Source of the DNA: Ophelia neglecta
Taxonomy: Eukaryota
DNA length: 64,000 nt
Assembly: GCA_965285935.1 (NCBI GenBank)
Contig: OZ260665.1
Span: 55,490,001 to 55,554,000 of the forward strand
Reading direction: 5' to 3'
This document shows positions 50,863 through 62,817 of the stretch, piece by piece. The notes beneath the pieces were generated by a model. That model was not told the DNA's origin and did not search any database. It saw only the letters and a list, made by a program, of their open reading frames with translations. How positions within the stretch are numbered: position 1 is the stretch's first letter; each line of letters opens with the position of its first letter. Made by a program: the position numbers and the translations under genes.

Positions 50863-53800
50863 CTTGAACACAATAACATCTCAACCTAAGTCACTGGCTC
50901 ACATTCTTTACGTACAGCCATCAAATTAAAATTAATGTCACATTTACCGTGCGTTGTTTAATATCCCGTTTCAAAATTTCAAATCATTGAAGAGTTGCAC
51001 CTATAGACAAGTAAGATCTACATTTCACCAATGCAGTTTAAAAATGCCAACATTACAGTCCCGCAGTGTTTTATTAAGTGAAATTAAGCTTTCTTTAGAT
51101 GCTCAGCTTGAAAGCTGCCCTATTTTCCTTGTCACTCTTTATGGTGTCTCCCAGGGGAGGTTACACATGACACCTGCGATATTTCGAGGTTAGCTTCCGA
51201 GGGACCCAATGGCTTGAGGCTTAGGGCTTTGAGGGTTTTTATTTCTTACCGAAGGTGGGTCTGCATGCAGCCCTGATCAGTGTTTCAGTGATTCCTGACA
51301 AGGACCGGAAGTCGGCTGCCATGTAGTAGTTAGAGTTGAGGCGTTGGGGGTTGGTAGACATTGCTCTAATTTCGTTCTCATCCACGCTGTTGGTGATACC
51401 GACACTAAAAACTGTGATGCCACGATTCTTGGCCACAAGAGCTTCAGGGATTGTACGAGCCTGGTCGATATTACTGCGGCCGTCTGTAAGGATGACCACC
51501 ACGTTATGGACCTCCACACGGTCCCCTCGGGATTCCGTGAAATGCTCTGCGTAGGCCGCCTTTATTCCGGCGGCAGTGTTGGTTTGTCCGCCGACATAAG
51601 ATGTCTGTCTGATAGCATTTCTCAGGTCGCCTTCGTTGTAATAAGAGTCGAGGTAGAATATATTATTAACAGAGTCGGCGTATCGGACGAGCCCCACTCG
51701 TGAATTGTACCGGCCGATGGTCAGACGGTCGGTGATGCTGACCACAAACTCAAGCATCTCACTCCAGTTGTCATAGTCACCATTTGGTGGATTGGCAGCG
51801 CGGATGGAACCGGAAGAGTCGAGAACGATGACCAAGTCCATCTGTATAGTCGAGCAATCGACGGTAACACCAGAACACGTCTGTGAGACCAGGGTCTCCA
51901 CCACCTAACATATACGAAACATTTATATTGAATCCTCTCTTGGTTTCATAAAACATAAAATTGAAAATGAAAAAGATAAAATAAATAGAGAAAGGTCAAG
52001 AAAGGTGACCTTAAAGTTGATAAAGCACCCTTGCTCATAACACTTGCAAACTGGTGCAAAGTTTGCAACAAATGACATGTCCAGTATCCGTAATTATAAC
52101 AGATTTATCAACCCATTATCCAGGTTACTATTTTGCCAATGCTTAACGTTTTGCACAATTCCGTTGTTCCTATATATACCGTGGTTTTGGTGCCAAGATA
52201 TATCAACCTTAAACCCCATCATATTAAATAACGCTGTAGCACGCCACGAATTTAACGAACCTGTAAGAATGTTTTAAACATATGTGGCATTTCTGGCATT
52301 CGAACGCACAACCCTTACGATGGCACCACCTTGCCCAACATAACCAGCAAATTTGCTTACAGGGGCTTAGCTGTTCTTTTTGTCTTACCTCGTCAAGAGC
52401 CCCGAAAGAGACACTTGTGAAGTAGTTCTGATCTCTGATCTGTGGGTCGGACGACATTTGTCTCAGCTCGTTCTCGTCGATGGCCTGAGTTACTCCTACC
52501 GAGTAAATCTTAATGCCAGCTTTACGGGCTGTTTCAGCCTCCGGAATGGTCCGGTCCTGGAATGGTCACAACAAACGTCAGTATGATTACCAGGAGAAGT
52601 AGTACCAAGGGTACTTTATTGTAAAGAACGATTTACCAGTCAAAGCTAAAAAGAATCTTGTTCAGAAACGTTTGAAATGTTAAAGAGCTCCAAAACTGTT
52701 CAAAGAGGAAAAGGCTGGATGGGGGTTCTTAGTATTAGCTTCAAAGTATGTTGGGTGCGCGCGCGCGCGTGTGCGTGTGTATGGGGGTGGGGTGGGGGGG
52801 TGGGGTGGGGGGGGGGGGGGTCAAGTAGCTCTTAATATAAAGTCACCTTTTAGAAGCGTTTTTGGATAATAATTTCCCTAAAGGAGTTTTATACTTCGGC
52901 CTAACTGAAGGTTTAAAGTAAACGGGCGCCTACCCTATCATAAGTAGATACACCGTCTGTGATGACGATGGCGATGTCGTCAATATCTATGGTAGAGGAA
53001 AAACAATTTCAATGTTTATAATATATGCATGCCTAAACATCATATTCGTCAGAATTAACATATTAAATTACACTTAATTATGAAAACACACTTTGCAGAA
53101 TGTAAAGACACAACAGGGAAAAACATTTATATTTATATACATAATATATATTAACATTTAACATATTGGTATGTATCAAATATGGATCAGTGACCATCTT
53201 AATTATTCAGTGACCAGCTTGACGTCGTCTCAAATTGATCAGAGGTCACATCAACTAATCAGTTAGCTGACCAATGAGTAGCCGGGGTCCCCAATGACCA
53301 GGCAAAATAATCCACCAGTGGTCACAACATAAACTAGCCACCGTACCACCAGGGCTACTCGCTAGTTACAATCACAAACTCATAACCATATAACTATTTT
53401 GTAAATCATAAGAGATCAGTTGCCACATTAACTGATTAAGCAGTGACAAACTTGGGTGCCTCGGTAATTTAACATACCTGTTCGATCGCCGCGGTTCCTT
53501 GTGAACTGTTGAGTGCGCATGACTAGGAGACCTCCGGAAGTGTTTGTGTTGGAGCCGACGTAGGAGATACTACGGATAGCGGCCTTCATATCGTTCTTGT
53601 TGTAGTACGAGTTGAGGTAGAAGACGTTTTCTCCAATGTCCGAGAACTTGACCACACCCACTCGGGTTTCGTCCTCACCAATGTTGAGGCGTTCGACGAC
53701 GCTGACTAAAAATTCTAACATGGTTTGCCAGTTGTCACTAGAGCCATCTGGCGGGTTATTGTCCTTGATCGACCCGGAGCTGTCCAGCACGAACACCAAA

Positions 53801-56800
53801 TCAGCTTTGGAGGTAGCGCAAGATGAAGAACCTATCAAAATATAAATCATTTTTTTTAAATTTCATAGTTAACATAATTGTTAAAAAATAGTAATAAACA
53901 AGATATTATAAATATAGGAACGCAAGTCCCAATCACACAAGCACACACAAGCCATAAACCAAGAAAAAGAACAAAACTAGAAAATACACACTATGTAGGT
54001 GACATATAATATAACATAACAAATATGGGATGAAATATTAGGAGAATAATTATACAAATAAAAGTAACAATCAAATATATATAAATCAAAATGATTTAAA
54101 AAATGTGAAACAATAAAAAAAACTACAGAGTGGAAACAATGGTGTGATACAAAGAGACCCCACACATGGACAGTGTCAGGGGAGAAAATAAGATAAAATA
54201 GCCAACGGACCGAGTAACTGTTAGCGTTGCACCTTTTTTTTTTATATTAATACCGTAGTAAGGGAATTAACGACGGATTACTTCAACATGTTTTAAACTT
54301 GTGCAGGAAGAAACACTATTTATAATTGGTGGAATGGAGTTCCAGAGCGGAGGCTCTCTATGTTGGAATGATTTTTTAAATTGTGGTTTAGGGAAGTATT
54401 AATGATCAGACTGTTTTTATTATTGTAGCGTTATATCTTGTCATAAACCCTGGCTTTCTTAGTTGGGTATTTACAATATCAAAGCAACTCCACATTAAGT
54501 GATTTTGGAGAAAAATATATACATACTGTTGTTAAACTAAAAGAAAACTTTAGGTGATTGATGGAGACTATTGTTAGTATCACCTGTGTGCCATGGAGGG
54601 CCAGATATTATGTTTATATTAATATTTATTTTGTTTTGTATCAGGACTTATATCAGGACCTACCTGAGCATGTGAGTTCCTGACCAGCGACTAGGTAGCC
54701 GGATTCGCAGGCGCAGAAGTAACTGTCATAGGTGTCGACACACAACTGAGAACAGCCACCGTTATCGTACAGACACTCGTTAACCGGGCACGAATCTGAA
54801 AACAACAGGTACTTTGTAAATTTTCTACTTTAACTAAATAGTTGTGTTAATAACAGGATATTCTATTTTACTATTGGCATTCCGTAAAATAATGGAATTT
54901 TATTGTCAGTACATGTATATATATAGCAATTAATCTCACCTCCGCCGCCGCCGGTTCCTGACGAACCAGGGGGCCCGGCAGGACCTGTGGCTCCTGTGCG
55001 GCCGGAGGGTCCGGAAGGTCCGCTGTCTCCCCTAGGTCCAGACGGCCCAGACGGTCCCGTGTGACCAGTGGCTCCAGTACGACCGAAACCTATAATACAA
55101 GAGCATGCCAAGCATCAATTCTCTGAGATGATAAGAATTGAAATATAACGGTGATAAGTTTTGGCGACGATTCTGCGGCTGTTATTGTAAAAGTCTGCCA
55201 ATAATGCGATAAATCCAATTTCCTTAGTAAGAAAAGGTTTAACTTAGTAATAAATACCATACAGTTTGAGGGTCTGCTTCAATAAACGGATTCTGTAATG
55301 GATTACCTGCAGGGCCAACAGGTCCCGTGTGTCCGGTGGCTCCAGTCCTGCCATCACGACCACTTTGTCCCGCGGATCCTGTTGCTCCAGTTCGCCCATC
55401 AGGACCGGACGGGCCAGTAAATCCCTGGCGGCCGGTGTGACCAGTAGCCCCAGTACGACCCACACCGGGTTGACCGGTATGTCCTGTCGAGCCATGGTTA
55501 CCCGAAGGCCCGGTGTGTCCTGTGGCGCCAGTGCGTCCTGGACCGCCAGAGCGACCAGTAGCCCCCGTCATACCAGAACTGCCGGCAGGGCCTGTGGCGC
55601 CGCTGCGACCACTGGTTCCTCGAGCACCGGTTGCTCCTGTCAGACCAGTAGGTCCAGTAGACCCACTGGCGCCTGTAGCTCCGGTGCGGCCGTTGGGACC
55701 TGATGGACCGGATGGTCCCTCACGACCGGTTGCTCCTGTAAGTCCAGCAGGCCCAGTGTGCCCGGTGGCGCCAGTACGGCCAGACGGACCAGACGGACCC
55801 GAGGGCCCGGTGAATCCTTGGCGTCCAGTGTTTCCAGTTGAGCCTGTAAATCGCACAAATTGATTAGCCCTACATCAATTGATAAATATATTTGTATAAC
55901 ATGTTTTAAACCGTATTATATATTATGAAATTTGTGACTTACCTGTTCGTCCAGAGGGTCCGCTTGGTCCAGTGGAACCTGTGTCTCCGCGGTTTCCTCT
56001 GGGACCGGTGTTGCCAGTAGCTCCTGTGCGACCCGCTGAGCCAGCAGAACCCGTCGCTCCTGTCCTGCCGTCTCTGCCATTAGGACCAGTAGGCCCGGAC
56101 GGCCCCGTGTTTCCGGTTGCTCCTAAAAGGGAAAGGGGATGATTCAAACGAAAACACGTAGCTTATAGATATAATGTCCAAACCATCACAATTTATTCAA
56201 ATTAGTATAAGTATATAGTATAGAAAAAAGGTGTGTAGATATGTTATCATAGAAAACAAATTTGGTATCCGTCAGAACAAGTAAATAAACGTGCAGCTGT
56301 TGATATATTTATACAACATTGATCAGTTCAAGTTTTATGTATTACCACCCATAAATTATAGTCAGAATTAAAAGTTATACAAAATTAGGCCTACTAGATT
56401 ACAGATGCTTTCAAGTTTGGCAGACTTTGATAATTATCTAATCTATTTAGTCGAGTTCTTAGACTTACATGCGCATTATGAATATATCTATAGATTATTT
56501 AAACAAAGACCTACCCAACAATATGCAGAAATTATTAAAGTCTAGAGACTAAGCAAATATACATTAATTTTACATAACATTAATATTAAAAAACCTTACA
56601 CATGCGCACACACTAAACACACGAGGATTAAGTGTCAAATGTGAAGCGACAAAGACTAAGTTAAATAAACAAATAAAACAACAGTACAAATAAACTCATA
56701 GGGTAAGATTTACAAATACAGACAAAAGAACAGATTATTAATAATGTTTCTACATAACTATCTTATATATCTTTTACTTTGTCCGAGACCTGAAAGATAA

Positions 56801-59800
56801 TAGGTTTGAATGATGCCAACCTGTTCGTCCATTGGGACCAGAGATTCCTCGCGGGCCGGTGGCTCCGGTCCGTCCAGTTGGTCCTGCACTGCCTGTAGCG
56901 CCAGTTCGTCCATTTGGTCCGCTGGGACCGGTGTCGCCTGGGCGTCCAGTATTTCCCGTAGACCCAGTGCGGCCAGAAGGTCCGCTGGCGCCCGTCGGCC
57001 CTGAGGACAAATAACTACTTTGTTCAAAACTGCAGAAGATTGGAATTATATTGAGCAGATTGTCAGTTGATCAATGGGATCAAATCAATGTTGGTAGGTA
57101 CTGTACCTGGTCTTCCGTCCCGCCCTGTAAAGCCAGTGCTGCCAGTAGATCCTGTTCTTCCGTTCGGTCCGGAGGGTCCTGAAGGACCCGTAAAACCTTG
57201 TTCTCCCGAGGCACCGGTAGCCCCAGTTCGTCCTGAGGGGCCTGCTGACCCTGTGGCCCCCGTGCGGCCTATTGGTCCAGTAGCCCCGGACGGGCCCCTT
57301 GGTCCCTCGCGGCCACTAGATCCAGTAGCTCCTGTCCGGCCTGGCCTTCCTTCAGGTCCGCTGGGTCCGGTGGCTCCAGTCCGGCCAGTATTACCTAATA
57401 GTCATATATTTATGTAGACTGACATTCAAGTATAAAGTTTTTATTTGTCTGACTGGAAAAAAGGAAACTGGCCTATCTTTTAATCCAAGCATACTGGTAT
57501 CTTTACATAAATATGTCAACTTTTAAAAATACCAGGTACATGCCTTTACCAGGTTTTGAGGCAGGATTTTATAGATCACTATTGTCCGGTTGACAATATT
57601 CGCGTATTTTAATTGAGACCTCCTAAGTGACTGAAAAAATGTTTTATTATGGATGTGGTCTGTTTAGACAGGCTATTTTTACTTTAAAAGTATATAGTTT
57701 GATTTTATAATAGTGGTCTGTATTGTCAGGTGGTCTGAATAGGGAGGTGTTCTTTACGGCTGGTTTTCACTGTAGTTATATTTGATAGTGTTGTTTACCT
57801 GTGCCCCCGGTCCTGCCAGACGGTCCCTCGGGCCCAGTGGGTCCAGGACGACCTGTTTGACCAGTGTTGCCAGTAGATCCAGTCCTTCCCGGGGGTCCTG
57901 AAGGACCAAAGTCTCCTCGGGGCCCGGGTGGGCCTGTTTGCCCTGTGGATCCAGTACGGCCAACACGACCAGTTTCACCTTAAACGCAACGACATATTTA
58001 TTTGTAGGCTTAACTCCATATACTTGTGAACTTAAAAGAGACGGGTTCTCCATAGGACGAGTGTCCATCAGGGCAGTCATTCCTACTCTCGGTGATGGCT
58101 AATTTTGCGATAAACAGGCCTAAGTGGAAAACCGCAGTTTTAAAACAGCGTTCTCAAACGTTATGAAATAAAATTATACAGTGCAACCTATTGATACAAT
58201 TCCACATTTAAGATTTCAAATCATTTATTTCAGCTGAGATATGATATTTTAATCGATACTGCCTTTTGCATCGGCTGAGATACTGCTATCTTCCATTGTA
58301 TTAATCACATGATACTGCTTTTGCCAATGTACTGATCATATGATACTGCTTTTTGCCCTTGCATCAGCTTTGTTACTGCTACCTGCCATTGCGCTTATCA
58401 TAGGATACTGCTTTTGCCTTTGTTCTAATCATACACTACTGCCAAGCGTAGAGGTCACGTCCATTAGTAGTAGTAAGCTTACACTCTGGAGGGGTTGATT
58501 AAATCGCATATTTTTATACAACATTGTGCATTGTAATTGGTATTATATCTAGATGAGCTGTGGGAAAGGCATACCGGTTGATCCTGGGTTGCCAACGCGT
58601 CCGGTGTTTCCAGTAGAGCCGGTTCGCCCTGATGGCCCAGCATTTCCTGTGGCTCCTGTCCTGCCGTTAGGGCCAGGGGGACCAGTGTTTCCGGTTGACC
58701 CAGTGCGCCCCAGTGGTCCAGAGGGTCCACTAGGCCCAGTAGCGCCAGTTCGACCTAGAGATAACCAGCAAATTATAACCATGAACGCTTCTCTGTGGTC
58801 CTACATCGCAACCTTTGCCTATTTCACCTATAAACATTTACTGTGCCATACTTTAAATTTATGAACGAAACCTTTGACAACTTTAAGCTAAGTCGTTAAC
58901 GGGTTATAATCTTTTGTAAACATGTTTATTAAACCACAGCAATTAGCGCACCTGATGGTCCGGGGGGACCAGTGTTTCCAGTACTACCGGTCCGACCGAC
59001 ACCCCCGGTGGACCCGGTTGCGCCGGGCCTGCCAGCTGGACCTGTAAAGCCGGTACCGCCAGTCCTTCCTATTCCAGTGGCTCCAGTCGATCCATCTCTG
59101 CCAGTGGCTCCTGTTCTTCCCGCTGAACCAGTGAACCCGGTGGCTCCAGTACGGCCGATAGGGCCAGAGTCACCTCTCGGGCCAGTTGCACCGATTGGGC
59201 CTGGGAAAGGGAGAGTCACACATGTGTTATATAAAAACGTAACTGTCATTCCCTCCTGCTATAAAATGGACAGTCAATTCTGGTGTTATCCTTCACTTAA
59301 ATGGAGAAGATGGGCACCAAGTAGTATACAAGGACTATGCACTCGAGGATAATCTTACAAACATATTACCTACACAATAATATACGTTTTAACTGCCGAA
59401 TAGAGGCCTACCCGTAGTTCCTGTTGATCCAGTTCTACCCCTGGGACCGGTACCTCCTGCCGGCCCAGTTGATCCGGGAGAGCCTGTAGCTCCCGTCCGT
59501 CCCACACCACCTCGTGCACCTGTGGCTCCAGTCAAACCAGTCGGACCTGTGTTTACAATGAGAGAAGGTTTCGTAACAGAGTTTCAGATAACTCTAAGCA
59601 GGCCCAATATCATGATATTCTAGAAATTGCCGCTTAGTATAGTTATGCAAAAGTAGTCGACCATATTTTACTCAATCCATGGGCGTGAATGGAGTGGGTC
59701 ATTTTCATTATTAAAGTTTTGTGACTATACCTGTAGAGCCCGATGCTCCGGTCCTTCCAACGGGTCCAGACGAGCCGGTAGCTCCGGTGCGTCCCAGGGG

Positions 59801-62800
59801 CCCGCGACCTCCGGTGGCCCCAGTAGGGCCGGCAGGGCCCGAGGACCCGGTGGCTCCAGTGCGACCGATGGGTCCTGCAGGACCCGTTGGGCCTGGTCCG
59901 CCAGTAAAACCTGTGGCTCCAGTACGCCCAATGCTTCCGGTAGCTCCAGCAGGTCCTATTGCATTTATAATAATGAATCAATTAATATGGACTTTATTTT
60001 TCCTTATATAAATGGTTCTGGATAAATGACAGGGTTCGATATCAAAGTCCACCTAACGGATGTTATGTGAACTAACGTGCCTGTTGAGCCAGGAGGTCCG
60101 CCTGGTCCGGTATTTCCGGTAGAGCCTGTTCTTCCCCTGGGTCCAGCCGGTCCAACCGGCCCAGTCGATCCTGGTTGGCCGGTATATCCAGTTCCTCCTA
60201 TTATATTTAAATCCAATGGTTGTCAATGTGATTTCGGTAATTTTATCATTCAAGTGAGAGGAACCGGGCTCCTCAATATATATTAAGCACAACAAAACAA
60301 TTATTCTTTAGGCATCTACATGGCTCTCTTTCTGTTGAAAATCGGGTTCCTCACTAAATAATCATAATATCATAAAGCAATACTATGGAACTTATATTTG
60401 CAACATTTCAAGTTCTATAACCAAAGGGATAAACTTCTCACCCGTATTTCCTCTAGGGCCACTGCCGCCTGTAGCTCCCGAAGGACCCCGGGCTCCTGTA
60501 TTACCTGTTGATCCCGTACGGCCGATAGGACCTGTTTGACCCACAGGCCCGGTGGGCCCCGTAAAACCTCGGTCACCAGTTAAACCAGTGGCACCTGTAC
60601 GTCCGATAGGCCCGGTCTGGCCTCGATCACCCTTTTCTCCCGTATTACCTGAAAACACTAATCAGCTATACAACGATTAAGGAACGAGGGGGGGGGGGGG
60701 GCATTTAAATTAGCAAAGAAATCAAATATTAGCTTGGAATTTAAAGAAAAATGAAGTAATTAACCAGTTGCTCCTGCGACTCCAGTTTCTCCGGTGGAGC
60801 CAGTCCTTCCTCGTGCCCCGGAGCCCCCAGTGGCGCCAGGCATGCCCCTCTCTCCTGTAAAGCCAGTAGCTCCTGTCCGCCCGATGGCATCTCTTCCGGG
60901 CGGTCCTTCCCGTCCAGTAGCTCCAGAGCGTCCTCGGGGTCCAATAGATCCAGTAGATCCTGTACGACCACGAGGGCCATCTTGTCCTTGTTGGCCAGAT
61001 GGGCCTGAGAAAGTGTGTTACATTAATTTTGTGACCAAGGTTAATAAAGTCTCCAGTGAAACATTTATAAAAAATAATTAAATTATAACCATCCATTGTG
61101 ATTTCGGTTCACCAGAAAACTATAACAGACAAGTATAAAAGATCTACCCGTAGATCCTCGGATTCCTGGTGGTCCCCTCTGGCCGGTAGCCCCTGTTCGC
61201 CCTGTGGGTCCGAATTGTCCTGGGGGCCCAGTAGATCCAGGCGAACCCGTACTCCCAGTCCTGCCTCTGGGACCATCCTGCCCGGTAGCCCCAGTAGCGC
61301 CTGGGCGGGCAGGCGCTGTAATGGAAACGTACAACTCAATCAACCAATACATTTAGTTACATTTTCCTGCAAATAATTGTCTTGTTGTCTTGATTCAGAT
61401 CATGTGTTTGCAGTTATTGGAATCATTGGTATGTATGCCTTGCCTACTGTTTTTAATTCAAAATTAATGATAACAATATATATGTCCTTTACTAAGATAA
61501 ATACGGCTGACATAACCAGGGAGATAATATAAAGATGAACGTCAGTTAGGGGCTTCCATAGGATTACCAGGGGACGAGGGAGGTTTAGAAGAAAAAAACT
61601 GCAATTAGGCAGTCCATCTTATTAATAACCTTAACTTGCCTAAAGCATACCCGATGAGACAAAGCTAAGCCCCTCCCCTCCCTCCCCTCGAAATCCAATG
61701 GAAACACCCTTCAAAGAGTATCTTTTTATATCCGTTTATTTTGGCATACTGACCTTTTTGCCTCTGCACAAATGAAGTCAAACATAGCATTAATCAAGTG
61801 AATACAATTTATTTGTATGTGTATAGACTTTTAATTGTATACAAGTGAGTGCAATAACCATACATGCCTGGTGGAATAATAATTATACTTAATAATAAAC
61901 TGCATGCTCATGGACAATTGTGCAAAAAAAGAGTAATACTCACTGGTCCAATTGAGACAAAACAAGAAATCTCAAGGTACATCATTCCAGTATTTGAAAA
62001 GTGACCCCCCCTCCCCGACAATTCGTGAGTAGGCCTACGTAGGAAATTCAGAAAATTATAGAATGAAAATGGGTGCTATGAGCCTAAGGCTGAAATTAAT
62101 GTAAATACAGCTGTAGGGATTGGAATAAACAGAGAGAGGCGACACGGCAGTAGAGATAAGAAGTATAGGATTCTGTAAGATCAGGTGCTTCCTTTGAATG
62201 GAAGCACAGAGGTGCGGCTGTTATCTTACTTGGAGGCGGGGCGGTCGGGCAGGCGACGGTGACCAGGCGGTCCAGGGTGGCCGTCAGCTTGATAAAGTCA
62301 TCGACAAAGAGCACGTCATCAGGCGTGGAGGCCACCGCGTTCAGCTCCGCTAAATTTATCTCCTTGGTTATACCAACCGCTAAAATTCTTATGTTATCCC
62401 GTTTGGCCGAATTGGCTTGTGGGATTGTGTCTGCCTTTCGTTCAGTCGACTCTCCATCTGTGATGAGAATGGCGACATTCTGGATGTTGGGGCGGTCTCC
62501 CCTGCGCGTGGTAAACAGTTGCTCATGCATCATCTGCAGACCATCGGCCGTGTTGGTTGTCCCTCCGATGTACGGAAACCGCCGGATGTGATTTACAAGC
62601 TCATTTTTGTTGTTGTAGGTATCGAGGTAGAACTGAATTTCAGCATTGTTGCTGTACACGACGGCGCCAACCCGTGCATCATTGCTGCTGATGGTGAACC
62701 GCTCGACAACCGTTCGAACAAAGGTTAGCACTCTATTCCAGTTCGAGCTATCCTGTGTGTTGATGCTTCCCGAGGAATCGATGACAAATACCAGATCGAT

Positions 62801-62817
62801 TGCTGCAACGCACCCTT
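49050..62817 (-). CDS. Gene B (5'-partial): paralogous VWA-collagen-EGF-VWA-EGF type I transmembrane collagen with Thr-rich helix
   Basis: Exons: 62230-62817, 61148-61315, 60765-61004, 60442-60648, 60081-60197, 59731-59955, 59412-59546, 58952-59200, 58575-58754, 57799-57978, 57107-57394, 56821-57000, 55943-56122, 55307-55843, 54940-55089, 54664-54795, 53478-53831, 52934-52986, 52389-52556, 51250-51904, 50767-50862, 50466-50535, 49547-49686, 49050-49378. Continuous frame to TAA; start codon not found in the window. Confidence 0.88.
50213..50268. repeat. 14-bp tandem repeat x4
   Basis: ttatatgtggaaga repeated. Confidence 0.8.
50596..50653 (-). other. 21-bp inverted repeat (hairpin) in a gene B intron
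   Basis: cacagtgtagatagtgatgac, 16-nt loop, gtcatcactacctacactgtg. Confidence 0.85.
51250..53831 (-). CDS. Gene B two C-terminal-side VWA domains
   Basis: 53478-53831 + 52934-52986 + 52389-52556 ([11 protein letters not shown]...NTNTSGGL...IAIVITDG...IYSVGVT) and 51250-51904 ([11 protein letters not shown]...GQTNTAAGI...VVILTDG...FSVGIT). Confidence 0.92.
54255..54646 (-). mobile_element. Decayed 3' fragment of an L2/CR1-group LINE ORF2 in a gene B intron
   Basis: Minus strand reads LIQNK...PWH... and [19 protein letters not shown], resembling the LQNKAIR...GPxLWNSLP C-terminus of LINE RT proteins; broken by frameshifts. Confidence 0.45.
54664..54795 (-). CDS. Gene B EGF-like domain directly after the helix
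   Basis: [44 protein letters not shown]; ttttcag and gtagg boundaries. Confidence 0.9.
54940..61315 (-). CDS. Gene B collagen helix (14 exons, 3036 nt, ~1010 aa)
   Basis: Gly-X-Y dominated by [15 protein letters not shown] and GPS; exon lengths 168, 240, 207, 117, 225, 135, 249, 180, 180, 288, 180, 180, 537, 150. Confidence 0.93.
57612..57774. mobile_element. Degenerate pogo/Tigger-like MITE in a gene B intron
   Basis: Repeated gtggtct motifs ending in ggttttcactg|ta, the same terminus type as the element at 10243-10392. Confidence 0.4.
58255..58443. repeat. Degenerate ~31-bp minisatellite in a gene B intron
   Basis: Recurrent gatactgct(t)ttgcc...atcata core, about 6 copies. Confidence 0.7.
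61548..61710. mobile_element. ~165-bp foldback MITE in a gene B intron
   Basis: Imperfect TIRs ggggcttccataggatt / aatccaatggaaacaccc, plus inner inverted pairs gggaggtttag/ctaagcccctccc and ttaggca/tgcctaa. Confidence 0.5.
62230..62817 (-). CDS. Gene B N-terminal-side VWA domain
   Basis: [16 protein letters not shown]...RVGAVVYS...[10 protein letters not shown]...[17 protein letters not shown]...ILAVGIT...ACPTAPPP. Confidence 0.93.

Noticed and set aside
23692-61376. Many plus-strand Pro-rich ORFs (PVAPVRP..., PGSPG...) and off-frame minus-strand ORFs over collagen exons
   Set aside because: They are antisense or frame shadows of Gly-X-Y codons (GGN reads as NCC); splice signals support only the minus-strand Gly frame.
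19820-62510. RGD motifs as integrin ligands
   Set aside because: RGDR is a routine part of this VWA subfamily, and RGD inside a triple helix is usually cryptic and expected by chance in Arg-rich Gly-X-Y.
16295-62817. Assigning symbols such as COL6A, COL12A1, COL28A1 or MATN
   Set aside because: Helix length, EGFs and the C-terminal TM do not match those families, and no Kunitz or FN3 domains were seen; orthology cannot be established from this sequence.
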